A DNA stretch of 64,000 nucleotides from a virus, in the IMG/VR virus record IMGVR_UViG_3300025093_000012, positions 48,838-112,837 of that record. One strand, 5' to 3'. Position numbers and translations under genes: made by a program. Under the pieces are notes generated by a model. The model searched no databases. It worked only from the letters and a program-made list of their open reading frames with translations, and was not told the origin of the DNA. Shown piece after piece: positions 1-10,440 of this stretch (position 1 is its first letter; the number at the start of each line of letters is the position of its first letter).

Positions 1-1
1 G

Positions 2-3000
2 TGTTTCTATGTCTTCAAAAGTCATAAGACTAATGTGGTTCACCTTATGGTTTACACCAAGACCTGATTTTATGTTACCTGCTGAATCATATACATATGG
101 AGCAGCAATAAGACTTTGTGCACTTGGTCCTGCAGCATTTAATGCCTTTGCTCTTTTAATTTCATCTACAGAATTCTTAAAAAGCATAGATGGATCTTGC
201 AATAGTATTTGCTTAAATAAAGTTCTATTCAACCACTCATTGTAGAAGATCTGTTTTAAATTATGATTATCAGGATTATTAGCAATAAGGTTAAGTCTCT
301 CTGCAGACTTCTTAGTTATCTTATTGTTTGTTCCAGTGCTAGTTGCTAATGTTCCTGTAATTCTTTTATCAACGGAGTCTAAGGTTTTGTTATTCTGCAG
401 TATTGTTAAATGCTCATTAAACTCTTGTTCTAGTCTTTCTTTAATTAGATCTCTAACTGAGATTCCTAATTCAGCCTCTATCTCAGCTTTTGTTTTATCA
501 TAATCAAAGTTAGGATCTTCATTTGCTGCTTTCTCAAACATCTCAATGACTTGATCATTAACATCTTTTTGTTCAAAATCTACTTCTTCTGTCACCTCAG
601 TAACACCAAGAGCATCAAACATTTGCTGCTCTACAGAATTCATTTTTCTTAATGTAGCAATGTCAAATGTTTGCTTTCCTTGCAACCATTGTTTTATTGC
701 TCCAGTTCTTACAAAATATTGCGTATCTCCAAGATACAGCATATTGTTATTCTGTTTTGTCTTTGTCTGGCTTATGTCACCACCTAATAAAGCAAGGAGC
801 TCTTCAATAGAATAATTCTCTGAACTTTGAACACCTTGATATTCAATCATATATTTTTCAGAACTTAATTCATTAGACTTTCCTGTTGTATAGATAGATC
901 CTACTACTTGTCTACTTCTATTTAAATCTAATCTTTGTACCTGATCATTACTAAGAATAAAAAGTTGACTCTCATCTTCCTTTCTATTTTCTAAAGTTTT
1001 TCTTGCTTCTGCATTAAGAGCTAAGCCTTGATTTTCTCCTAATGAATTTAATTTAGTAACTCTAGTTTTACTTTTACTAAGTAAGTTTCTACCGTTATAA
1101 AATTTAAATGCTCTACCAGAAGCACTATCATTATACCCAAAAACTTCATCCTCTGTAAACCCTTCTTTCTCAAACTTCTCACGGTTTATTCTTTCTGTTT
1201 CAGTTCTAATTACAGCATCTTCAAAACGTTCAACTGTTTCATCTGTAAGTTCTGACTTACCATTTTTAAGTGCTACTGTCATAAGTACAGGAAGAGGAAC
1301 AAAGTCTGCTGTATTAGATTCTGATATTACAGTTATGTTCTGCAATGATGTTGCATACGGAACTCTTTTACCATTTTCATCTAAATGGTATCTTTCTTTT
1401 AATTCACCAGTGGAATTATTATAGTCAGATAAGTATAAGTTAATTGCCAATGCTTGGAACTCAGCTCCTGAAACATCCCCAAAGGTTTTATTATTTTTAT
1501 TATCCTTTAGTTTATTGTTAGCTTTAAAATTACCATTCTCATCTGCTTCTAGATTAGTATACTTAACACCACCCATTCTAGATATTCTAAGCTTACCACT
1601 AACCACCAAGTCTCTAAATCTAGGATCAGTCAACATAAACTGTTTAGTTAAGAATGGATTATCTAACAATTCATCCATTGCATCTTCTGAGTTCAGTTCT
1701 GCTACTTTCTCTAAATTGTATGTAGGCATCTGATGTGCATAGATCAACTTACCTTCAGCATTTCTAAATACTGTAGCACCAACAGTGCTATCAAAAACAG
1801 CATTTAGTTGTGCAAGCTTCTTAATTCTAAACTTAACATCAGTACCAGTCTCTTGACCTGTTGAAGTATCTTCAGTTACATCTTCTTCTATTTGATCATA
1901 GTAAAGATTTGCTTTTACTCTACCATCTTCAGTTCTACCATGTAAGCTTATTGCAACTCCTATCTCTTGAACATCTTCTAAATTAAATGTAGGTGTAGGT
2001 ACTGATGAAGCATACAATTTCATAAATGTATTCTGATCATCATTCTTATTTGTTACACCATTATTTAGAATTATAAACTTAACTGTTAAAGCAGTAACAT
2101 CTATACCAACTTTGTTAAACAGATCAGAAGATATTTCTCTTGCTGCTTTGTCTAATACTGCTGAGTCAATCTGATCTTTACCAGCTAAAAACTCTATTCT
2201 TTCAAATACAGCCTGTGCACTATTTCTTAATCCTTCTTTATCAGTTAGACCGTCTACTAATGTAGCATAGTGGTCTTGCCAATTATCAATCTGTGTAGAA
2301 GCATCATCTCTACTAGTTGCTTTAAATATATTTACAAGCTTTGCATTCTGATCTACCTCTAATTGATAGTAATCAGATCTTAACTGTGTAAATCCTTTTA
2401 ATACAGCCTGGAAGAATCCTTGACTTCTAACCTGGTCAACATTGTAGTTACCATTTAATAGCTGCTCTAATGTATACTCTGATAAATTAAACTTTGCAAA
2501 TAGATCACCTATAACTGCTCTAGTATCATCATTTTGATTTTCAAAATACTTTAATCTTGCAAGCATTTGATTAGGATCTGTAATCCCAGCCAAAGCTTTC
2601 ATAAATGTATTATAAGTATTTACATAGTTTACTGGTGCTAATGTTTGTTTACCAGTCAATGGATCTATAACACTTTTTAATCTAGTAGCAAAGAATACAC
2701 GGATACCCTTACTTACAGATTTAAACCCACCTATCTCATTTGCAGAAGCTTCAAAGTCCTCATCATTCTTAAGTGATGCATCAAGAGCTAGTGCGTTTCT
2801 ATCTAATACAACTTGTTGATCTTCAATTTGTGTATCAAATAAATTCAATAAATCAGATACAGATTTTCTTACATCATCTTTATATGTACGTAAACCTTCA
2901 TATCTTTCTTCCAACTGATCTGAGTAGTCAAAGAAGTTTTCATCTTCTGCATAATATAAATTACCCTCTTCATCAGTTCGTGCAGGATCTTGTTCTTCTA

Positions 3001-6000
3001 TGTACTCATCAATAACTCTATCTAAAAGTTCTTTTGGATTATACTTACCATTAAAATCATTTGCTTTTGTAAGCTTTTCCTGAGCTCTAAAGAAGTTTGC
3101 AGTAATAGAACCAACTATTGTTTCTGTTTCTTGCTGAGTAAAGTAGTTATTGATATAATATATCTCAGTGTCATCTGTTCTACCAATTAATCTAGAAGAT
3201 GGAATAGGATCTCCTTTACGTATAGCAAAAGCAATATTACTTGGTGCACCTGTTTGTTCAAGAATAGTTGAATCAGTTATAGCTGATTCTGTAAATCTAT
3301 TTTTCTGTATAGGTGCTGCCTTATACTTACCTGTGTTAATGTCATTAAATAATCCTTGTAAGTCACCTTTGCTATATGATAAGAAGATGCTCTTAATAAA
3401 GTCAATAAGTCTTTGGAAAAAACTCTTAACCTCTGTATCAACTTTACTACTTCTTGGATTTATTTTAAATAGTTCAAACTGATCTGCCAAGTACTCTTCA
3501 AAAATTGTACTATCAAGAGTCTTATTATCCATATCAGCATATGTCTGAGACAAAGTTTTCATATAAGCTCTTGCCTCTGCCATGGTTTTCACAAAGACAC
3601 CAGACTCAATCTCATATCCTTTTGAAGTCTTCATTAGAGATCTTACATTATCTCTAGCTATACCTAAGAATTTAGTAATCTCTGCTTCACTAAGCATCAT
3701 TCTAAATACAGCGTGAAATGCTTCATGGTATCTAAAACCTGTTTCTTTACCAACATATAGACTACCTGATAATGCCTCTATACCTTTAGATACTTTACCT
3801 AGTTCTATAACAAAGGCTCCTAATGTAATCCCATTACTAATAAGCCTTCTACCTAAGTCTTCTATATCCTTTATTTGAATGTATTCAGGAAGGTTGTCAT
3901 TAGCCCACTTGATAAACTCATTAATTTCTTCAACATTTCTACCATCAAACTTGTCACTTACTATTTTACCAATAAGTTTTTCTTTTAAAGACTTAATCTC
4001 TTTCTCAAGCTTCTGCACCTCTTCAGAGTTTTTAACTGCATTAAGTGCTTGTAGATTATACTGTCCTTTTGTTTGTCCAGGGTTAGCTTCTTTAAACTCT
4101 TTTATAAATTGATTACGTAAGGATACTCTTAAAGCTTTTAACTCTATTTCTTTTTCTGCAATAAGTGAGGCTAAGTCTTGATTATTATATTCAGCTTGTA
4201 ACCCGTCCTCATCTTTTTGTGTTGCAGCTTCTATTGTGGAATTATCCGTAGCTAGTGCTAGATCAACACCACTTGATAGTTTATATGCTTCAGCAACATC
4301 TTTTTCTATTTGTGATAATGAATCATATCCATCACTGATTATCTTTTTTCTAATATCTTCAATAATCTCTTCAGGAATATTTTCAAAATTATTTTCAAAG
4401 AGTTCATTATATACTTCTTGATTTAATGATATAGGTCCTCCTTCAACTGTATCCTCTGCTTTTGCAACATCTCCTTCTGGAGAAGAACTTTCATACTTAT
4501 TGATAGAGTTCATCTCATTCTTAATAGCATCCTCATTTGTATAGTTAAGGTCTGCAGCTAAGCCCCATTTTAACTCTGGTATTATATTAGCTGATAATCC
4601 TATTCCTTGTAACTCAGATACATTAGATAAGTTTCTTGGTAAGTTAGGTACAAAACTTTGATCATTAAGTTTAATTTTTATACCTGCCTCTTTTGCTTGC
4701 GGGCTATTTTTTATTTTATTATTTATAGCAGTAGCAAAATCAGAAAGAGTTCTTATCTCTGCAAAGTCTGGTGCATTTAAAAATACACTCACTGATTCAC
4801 CTTGCTTGTTTTTTACAGTAACTTCAAAACCACCTCTTTTATTAAACCTCATAAAGACATTTAATCCAGGTTGGCTAGTTTGCACATAAAATATGTCAGC
4901 TATCTTATCAGTGGCTTGATCTCCTAATGTTTCAGGATCAAACTTATCAGTCTTAGTTTTAAACTCACCCTTATCATCAGTTACATTATCTAATAACTCC
5001 TGTTGAGTTTCTTTTATATTAGTTACTACTTCTACACCAGCTTCTTTAGAAAGAGCATCCAGTTTAATTTCAAAGTATGAAATAGTACCATTTGGTAATG
5101 TAACAAACTGTACATATCTACCCATCCCTAATGCTGGTATAGTATCAAACCCATCCCTTCTTAACTGTTCTGCAATAGCTGCGGTTATAGCTTGATCTGT
5201 TACAGACCCAGGTTCTAAATTATCAGTGGGTACTTTTTTAGATATTCTTACACCTCTCTTATCCTTTCTAGTATCATATATAATTGTATACTCTTCACCG
5301 TTGTATGTAAAGGTATTTGATTCTAAATCTTCATATGCCGTAGTTGCAGTCTGTCCACCTTTAAGAACTGGATTACCGTTAGCATTAACTCTCCAACCAT
5401 TGTAACCAGGTGTTATATTAAGTTCTATGTTTTCAAGATCATTAATACCAAAAAATAAAGTAGGTGTACTACCAAGTTTAGATTTAAGTTCTTCTGTAAT
5501 TAATTTAGCTTTTGAATAGTTTCTTCTAACTGATGCAGCTAACTCTTCTGCAGACTGACCTTTGTTCTTTATAAATAATCTTTCTGCTTGCTCTGCAGTA
5601 ATTTTTGTAGCATCAATTGTACTACCATCTACATCTAACAATAATGTTTGATCTATACCTGCCATAATACCTAATGGCTTTCCGTCAGACATAATTGTGA
5701 TTTGGTATTTATTTACACCATATGCTAATAAAGGATTAGCAGCAAAACCTTCATTTACATTATAGGGTTTTACCTTACCAGCTTCAATATCTTTTATTTG
5801 CTGATCATAATTAGGGTTTAACTCAACAAGCAATTCAAGATCTTTAATTTGTGTTGGAGTTAACTCTCTAAGTTTCTTTTCAAAGTCTTCTTTATTGCTT
5901 AAATCTAAATCATCGTATTTACCATGTAATAAAAATCCAGGCATAACTTTAGCACCATTAAAACCATATATAGTTAACGGATAAAACTGTGAAATTTTAG

Positions 6001-9000
6001 TTACTAGTGTACCTACTAAATTAACAGAAGCATCATCAACTCTTTGGAAACCTTGTGCTTCCCATTGCTTCACAGTATAGAACTTCTCTTTTTTAGGTGT
6101 ATTCTTGCTTTGTTCAGCATCAAGCGGCTCTAAGTAAATATTCTTAAACGTAGAAACCATTTTATTAGAAGACTTAACCAGATATTTATTACCTACTGAA
6201 TCTACCACAATATCACCACTCTTCAAAAATTGCCCAGCAAACTTAAATGTTTCATTCTTGGGCATATTGTTTTGGTAATACTTATAAGCTTTCTTAGCTC
6301 TCTTAAATGCATCTTTACCTGTATAACCAAGTTGAATGTATTTACCATTTGGATCTATACTACCAAACTTATCATATAGGTTGTTACCTTTACCGTCTAC
6401 AATTGTATACACTACTTCAGTTTGACCATTGTCATCTACTGTAGTAGTCTTTAGAAGATTGATTCCCATTACATCATCAGAGGCCACAACTTCTTCAGTG
6501 GCATCTAACTTATCTTTTGGTAATGTACCTTTCCCTGCAAACTCAGGAGATACATCAGAATAATCTACATCTAAACGTGTTAAAAGACCATTAGTTCCAA
6601 CTAAGAGTGGGTTACGTGCATTTGCTTTTAACCATTCATCCATTGTAGGATACTCTGTCTTATCTATAGAGTCATCATTCTTATAGAACTCATTCAGCTC
6701 ATACCTTGCTTGTAGTATATTCTTACCACCTTTCTTTGATGCTAACCACTTGTTCTTATCTAAAAATGGTCCATCTGTAACACTGTATGTAGCTTTATAC
6801 TGCTGATAAAGTTTATCAAGTATCTCTTGTGTGTTCTTATCTGAGTTATAAAACTGTTGGTACTTACTTCTACCTACAATACTTTCAAAATCAGGTGTTG
6901 CACCTTCTTCTGTTTCTTGCTGGCTTTCAGCTTGTGTTTCTTGTCTTTGTGCATCTACACTTTCTGCTGTTTCTACACTCTGTGATTTCTGTAAGTCAGA
7001 TATTCTACTTTGTATTCTCTTAAATAATACTGGATCACTTTGAGCAGTAATCTTTCCTTCAGCACTATAGTAGTTAGTAGGTATAATACCTCTTTCTAAA
7101 AATGCAATTGTCTCATCAGGATCAGGCTGCACACCTTCTTCTTCAGATAAAGTCTGTAACCACTGAATACGTATCTTTTTATCTTGGTATCTCTTTAATT
7201 TTAAAGTTTGATTATTCTTATCCGTGTACTTCTCATACACTTCTTTCATTACACCAGAGATTCTCTCAATGTACTCATCCATATATTCAGGATTCATAAG
7301 AGTCATGTGAGCTCTATAATAATCTCCAGCTCTACCTTTCAGATAACCGTAGTCAATAATATCTACTAAAACACTCTTAAGATCTTTACCTTTTAAAGTA
7401 TCTCCTTTTGCATCAGCTAAGAATGCTATATAATCTATAAATGCTTGCTGTAATCCAGAAGACTTAATCTTTCTTCTATCAAATCTACCTATTCTTCTAG
7501 TTTTACCAACACCGTCCTTAGTTCCAAATATAGGTCTACCTTCTTCATCAAGAGCTACAATATCTTGAAACTCAATTCCTTCACTTACAATAGCATATTC
7601 AGGATTAGTTAGTATATCACTTAAGACAGTTAAGAGTTCTAACTTTTTCTTTTTAAACTCAATCTGTTCTTTCTCTTCTTTTGTCTTTCCTTCCTTCTTA
7701 ACCTCTTCCTCTAACAAACCTAACTCTTTTACAAGTTTAGTTGGATCAGTTAAAATATCTATATCTAAAGCTGTAAGAGATTCTAATGCTTCTTGGTTTC
7801 CAAGTTTGGTAAAGATTTCATTAGATCTTATAAGAGATGTTTCAAAAGTATTCTTAGTATATAAAGCCATTTCTCTTGCATGCTTAAATGCAACAGACTT
7901 TAATACTTCCTGCTGATACTCTCTTGTGCCTTTTTCAAACTTATCAGGCCTATATGGGTTTATAAACTCTTCATTAAACTCATCATAGTTTTTCTCAACC
8001 TCATTTGCTCTATCCTCAAACTTATCTAATCTTTTTCTTAATGTAGATGCAGAAGATCTATTGTCTGGAAATGCTTCTTTTAAAGCCTTATCATCCATCT
8101 TCTTCATGTCTTGGATGTAGTCTTTAAATATTCCCATTCTTCCTGTAGCAAGTACAGTATTTAAATGAGAGAAGATTGCTGCATCAGCTGCATCATAATA
8201 ACTTAAAATATCTCCAGCATCTGCTGCTGCAAACATTGTTTGATTATATGCTTTTTGAGTAAGTAGGTTTATTCTATCAGGATTAAAAAACTTATCTGGA
8301 TCAGCATACACATTATTAAGTTGTTCTACAGCATTAGCAATAACTTTTTCTTTATTATCTACAAACTCCTGCCACTGCCCATCCTTCATTATTTTACTCT
8401 TACCCCATCTAAATATATTTGGAACACTGTCCATCATAAATTTCTGAGGGCCTTGAACTAAACCACCCATAAGGAATCCAGACATAAACACTTTAAATCC
8501 TTCACCACTCATTTGTGATCCCATACCTCTACTTACAGCATCCATAATATCTAATGACGGATTTCTTTGTAATGTATCTGTACCTAAGAAAGTTCTTCTA
8601 GCATTATTATAGTTCTCTGTCATTTCTGCTAACTGCATATCAATATCAGCTGATAGATCTAAACTATATAAACCATCGTAGTATGATCTAATTCCAGCAG
8701 ATGATGCTTCTTGAGCTAATTCTTGAAAACCTTCAGCAAAATTTGCTACAGAATATTTTAAACCAGTTGCAGCTAAATGTTTCATAGAACCTCTAGCACC
8801 AGCTTTATACATTCTTCTAAATGTCTCTCCTATAATCCACTCCTTCCCTAAATCACTAAAAGGCTTTTTACCAGCCTTAGTTCCACCAAAGAATATTCTA
8901 CCAAATCTACTGTCTAGTGCATCATCCATTACCCTACCTAAAGGTCTAAAACCTCTCATAGCTGGACCAAGAACTAACTTATTAGATAAGTAAATGATTG

Positions 9001-10429
9001 GTAAGTTTATCATCTGATTAGTAAATGCAGCTTGCCTTGCATCAGACGCAATCATATTCAGTTGCTCTTGTGTTGGAGCACTATTATTATTGTACTTGTA
9101 TATATCTTCATACAATGACATTCTTCTTTCAGCCTCAGTCATACCACCTTCCATCTTAGACTCTGACCACGCTAAGTTAACAGCTCTAATATCTCTATAG
9201 AATCCACCAAGATGAGCATTAGCTCTAGCTATGTTTGTCATGTTCTCTCCAGCTTTAGCTGCAGTTCTGACTTTATGAAAAGAATATAATGTTTCTGGTG
9301 TAAGAAATCTAGCCATACCAAGACCAAGCTTAGTACCACCACTTCTTACAGCAGTATAAAATGATTTAGCTGCATCAAAGTTTTTTAACTTACCCAGCAT
9401 TTTAGAACCAGCTGATGCATATGTTTTTACATCTGCTAATCTAGATAAAGCCTTCACAAATCTACCTGCATTATATGCAGTTCTTGTAGCTAATGCACCA
9501 GCTGTACCACCACCACTAAAGTATGTTGCTAAAGCTAATACAGCTTCTTCTACCATTATGTTAGAGACAATACCAAATGTATAAGCACTATTTACATATA
9601 AATCATTAAAGAATCCTCTTGTACCACCACTAGATGATCTACCAATTCTCATTGCATCATCCATTGCTTGTGCACCTTGCATATCAGATAGACTTGTTCT
9701 TCCTGAAAATGCATCAGCTATAGATCTATAACTAGAAGTAAATGCATCATCAAACATTGAAGAGAATGCAGCACGTGATCTAGTAAAGTTATCCCATTTA
9801 CTAGAATTAGTATTATAGTATGCATCATTATTAGCAAAAGGATGAAAACCTAAATCTTTAAATCTAGGATGATGGTAGTATCTATCCATCTCATACTTTC
9901 TACTATTGTAACTTACAGGATGTGTATATGCAGGAGTTGATGTAGGACTCTCTAAAGCAGAAGTTAAATTTTCACCTGATGCAAAAAATGCTTTTCTACC
10001 TGCTGCAGAATTTAAATTAAAGTTACCTGTATCAGCTTCAAAAGGATTAAATGCATCACCAGCATTTCCTGGATGTGCAGTATTCATATTACTATTAGGC
10101 AATTGAACTGCATATTTAGACATATCAACAGCATGCTGATCAATCATATCTCTAAACGGTTGATCATCAAATGCTGGTTGTGATGCAATTGCAATATCAA
10201 CAGCACCATTAAATGAACTATCATCAACCATTGCTACAGGATCAAACCTGTAAGGAATATCAATAGCTCCTGTTCCAGGACCAACAACATCTTCTGGAAA
10301 ATTATCAACTGCAATTTGATTTGCATCAACAGTTGACTCCATTGGCAAACTTACTTCAGGTGTATTGCTTAATGATGCATCTGGCGTAACATTTGGAGAT
10401 ACAGGTAAATTTTCATTTAATTCTGCCAT
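2..10429 (-). CDS. Giant virion cargo protein, >3476 aa, 3'-truncated by the window edge; probable crAss-like virion RNA polymerase precursor with a zincin metallopeptidase domain
   Basis: ATG at 10429 (MAELNENLPVSPNV...). The ORF track lists no minus-strand ORF in 1-10440, as expected for one frame with no stop; the frame is open where hand-checked (start, ~3700, left edge ...SLMTFEDIET). Contains YHEAFHAVFR (HEAFH 3713-3727) with downstream EEYLADQF. Position after muzzle and cargo genes matches crAss-like RNAP genes. Catalytic RNAP motifs were not seen in the window. Confidence 0.8.
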   Translation of the reverse strand, partial: MAELNENLPVSPNVTPDASLSNTPEVSLPMESTVDANQIAVDNFPEDVVGPGTGAIDIPYRFDPVAMVDDSSFNGAVDIAIASQPAFDDQPFRDMIDQHAVDMSKYAVQLPNSNMNTAHPGNAGDAFNPFEADTGNFNLNSAAGRKAFFASGENLTSALESPTSTPAYTHPVSYNSRKYEMDRYYHHPRFKDLGFHPFANNDAYYNTNSSKWDNFTRSRAAFSSMFDDAFTSSYRSIADAFSGRTSLSDMQGAQAMDDAMRIGRSSSGGTRGFFNDLYVNSAYTFGIVSNIMVEEAVLALATYFSGGGTAGALATRTAYNAGRFVKALSRLADVKTYASAGSKMLGKLKNFDAAKSFYTAVRSGGTKLGLGMARFLTPETLYSFHKVRTAAKAGENMTNIARANAHLGGFYRDIRAVNLAWSESKMEGGMTEAERRMSLYEDIYKYNNNSAPTQEQLNMIASDARQAAFTNQMINLPIIYLSNKLVLGPAMRGFRPLGRVMDDALDSRFGRIFFGGTKAGKKPFSDLGKEWIIGETFRRMYKAGARGSMKHLAATGLKYSVANFAEGFQELAQEASSAGIRSYYDGLYSLDLSADIDMQLAEMTENYNNARRTFLGTDTLQRNPSLDIMDAVSRGMGSQMSGEGFKVFMSGFLMGGLVQGPQKFMMDSVPNIFRWGKSKIMKDGQWQEFVDNKEKVIANAVEQLNNVYADPDKFFNPDRINLLTQKAYNQTMFAAADAGDILSYYDAADAAIFSHLNTVLATGRMGIFKDYIQDMKKMDDKALKEAFPDNRSSASTLRKRLDKFEDRANEVEKNYDEFNEEFINPYRPDKFEKGTREYQQEVLKSVAFKHAREMALYTKNTFETSLIRSNEIFTKLGNQEALESLTALDIDILTDPTKLVKELGLLEEEVKKEGKTKEEKEQIEFKKKKLELLTVLSDILTNPEYAIVSEGIEFQDIVALDEEGRPIFGTKDGVGKTRRIGRFDRRKIKSSGLQQAFIDYIAFLADAKGDTLKGKDLKSVLVDIIDYGYLKGRAGDYYRAHMTLMNPEYMDEYIERISGVMKEVYEKYTDKNNQTLKLKRYQDKKIRIQWLQTLSEEEGVQPDPDETIAFLERGIIPTNYYSAEGKITAQSDPVLFKRIQSRISDLQKSQSVETAESVDAQRQETQAESQQETEEGATPDFESIVGRSKYQQFYNSDKNTQEILDKLYQQYKATYSVTDGPFLDKNKWLASKKGGKNILQARYELNEFYKNDDSIDKTEYPTMDEWLKANARNPLLVGTNGLLTRLDVDYSDVSPEFAGKGTLPKDKLDATEEVVASDDVMGINLLKTTTVDDNGQTEVVYTIVDGKGNNLYDKFGSIDPNGKYIQLGYTGKDAFKRAKKAYKYYQNNMPKNETFKFAGQFLKSGDIVVDSVGNKYLVKSSNKMVSTFKNIYLEPLDAEQSKNTPKKEKFYTVKQWEAQGFQRVDDASVNLVGTLVTKISQFYPLTIYGFNGAKVMPGFLLHGKYDDLDLSNKEDFEKKLRELTPTQIKDLELLVELNPNYDQQIKDIEAGKVKPYNVNEGFAANPLLAYGVNKYQITIMSDGKPLGIMAGIDQTLLLDVDGSTIDATKITAEQAERLFIKNKGQSAEELAASVRRNYSKAKLITEELKSKLGSTPTLFFGINDLENIELNITPGYNGWRVNANGNPVLKGGQTATTAYEDLESNTFTYNGEEYTIIYDTRKDKRGVRISKKVPTDNLEPGSVTDQAITAAIAEQLRRDGFDTIPALGMGRYVQFVTLPNGTISYFEIKLDALSKEAGVEVVTNIKETQQELLDNVTDDKGEFKTKTDKFDPETLGDQATDKIADIFYVQTSQPGLNVFMRFNKRGGFEVTVKNKQGESVSVFLNAPDFAEIRTLSDFATAINNKIKNSPQAKEAGIKIKLNDQSFVPNLPRNLSNVSELQGIGLSANIIPELKWGLAADLNYTNEDAIKNEMNSINKYESSSPEGDVAKAEDTVEGGPISLNQEVYNELFENNFENIPEEIIEDIRKKIISDGYDSLSQIEKDVAEAYKLSSGVDLALATDNSTIEAATQKDEDGLQAEYNNQDLASLIAEKEIELKALRVSLRNQFIKEFKEANPGQTKGQYNLQALNAVKNSEEVQKLEKEIKSLKEKLIGKIVSDKFDGRNVEEINEFIKWANDNLPEYIQIKDIEDLGRRLISNGITLGAFVIELGKVSKGIEALSGSLYVGKETGFRYHEAFHAVFRMMLSEAEITKFLGIARDNVRSLMKTSKGYEIESGVFVKTMAEARAYMKTLSQTYADMDNKTLDSTIFEEYLADQFELFKINPRSSKVDTEVKSFFQRLIDFIKSIFLSYSKGDLQGLFNDINTGKYKAAPIQKNRFTESAITDSTILEQTGAPSNIAFAIRKGDPIPSSRLIGRTDDTEIYYINNYFTQQETETIVGSITANFFRAQEKLTKANDFNGKYNPKELLDRVIDEYIEEQDPARTDEEGNLYYAEDENFFDYSDQLEERYEGLRTYKDDVRKSVSDLLNLFDTQIEDQQVVLDRNALALDASLKNDEDFEASANEIGGFKSVSKGIRVFFATRLKSVIDPLTGKQTLAPVNYVNTYNTFMKALAGITDPNQMLARLKYFENQNDDTRAVIGDLFAKFNLSEYTLEQLLNGNYNVDQVRSQGFFQAVLKGFTQLRSDYYQLEVDQNAKLVNIFKATSRDDASTQIDNWQDHYATLVDGLTDKEGLRNSAQAVFERIEFLAGKDQIDSAVLDKAAREISSDLFNKVGIDVTALTVKFIILNNGVTNKNDDQNTFMKLYASSVPTPTFNLEDVQEIGVAISLHGRTEDGRVKANLYYDQIEEDVTEDTSTGQETGTDVKFRIKKLAQLNAVFDSTVGATVFRNAEGKLIYAHQMPTYNLEKVAELNSEDAMDELLDNPFLTKQFMLTDPRFRDLVVSGKLRISRMGGVKYTNLEADENGNFKANNKLKDNKNNKTFGDVSGAEFQALAINLYLSDYNNSTGELKERYHLDENGKRVPYATSLQNITVISESNTADFVPLPVLMTVALKNGKSELTDETVERFEDAVIRTETERINREKFEKEGFTEDEVFGYNDSASGRAFKFYNGRNLLSKSKTRVTKLNSLGENQGLALNAEARKTLENRKEDESQLFILSNDQVQRLDLNRSRQVVGSIYTTGKSNELSSEKYMIEYQGVQSSENYSIEELLALLGGDISQTKTKQNNNMLYLGDTQYFVRTGAIKQWLQGKQTFDIATLRKMNSVEQQMFDALGVTEVTEEVDFEQKDVNDQVIEMFEKAANEDPNFDYDKTKAEIEAELGISVRDLIKERLEQEFNEHLTILQNNKTLDSVDKRITGTLATSTGTNNKITKKSAERLNLIANNPDNHNLKQIFYNEWLNRTLFKQILLQDPSMLFKNSVDEIKRAKALNAAGPSAQSLIAAPYVYDSAGNIKSGLGVNHKVNHISLMTFEDIET

Positions 10430-10440
10430 AGTATTATGTC

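Noticed and set aside
1-10440. Apparent gene-free or non-coding region
   Set aside because: Artefact of the ORF caller; it is one open minus-strand frame lacking a stop inside the window.
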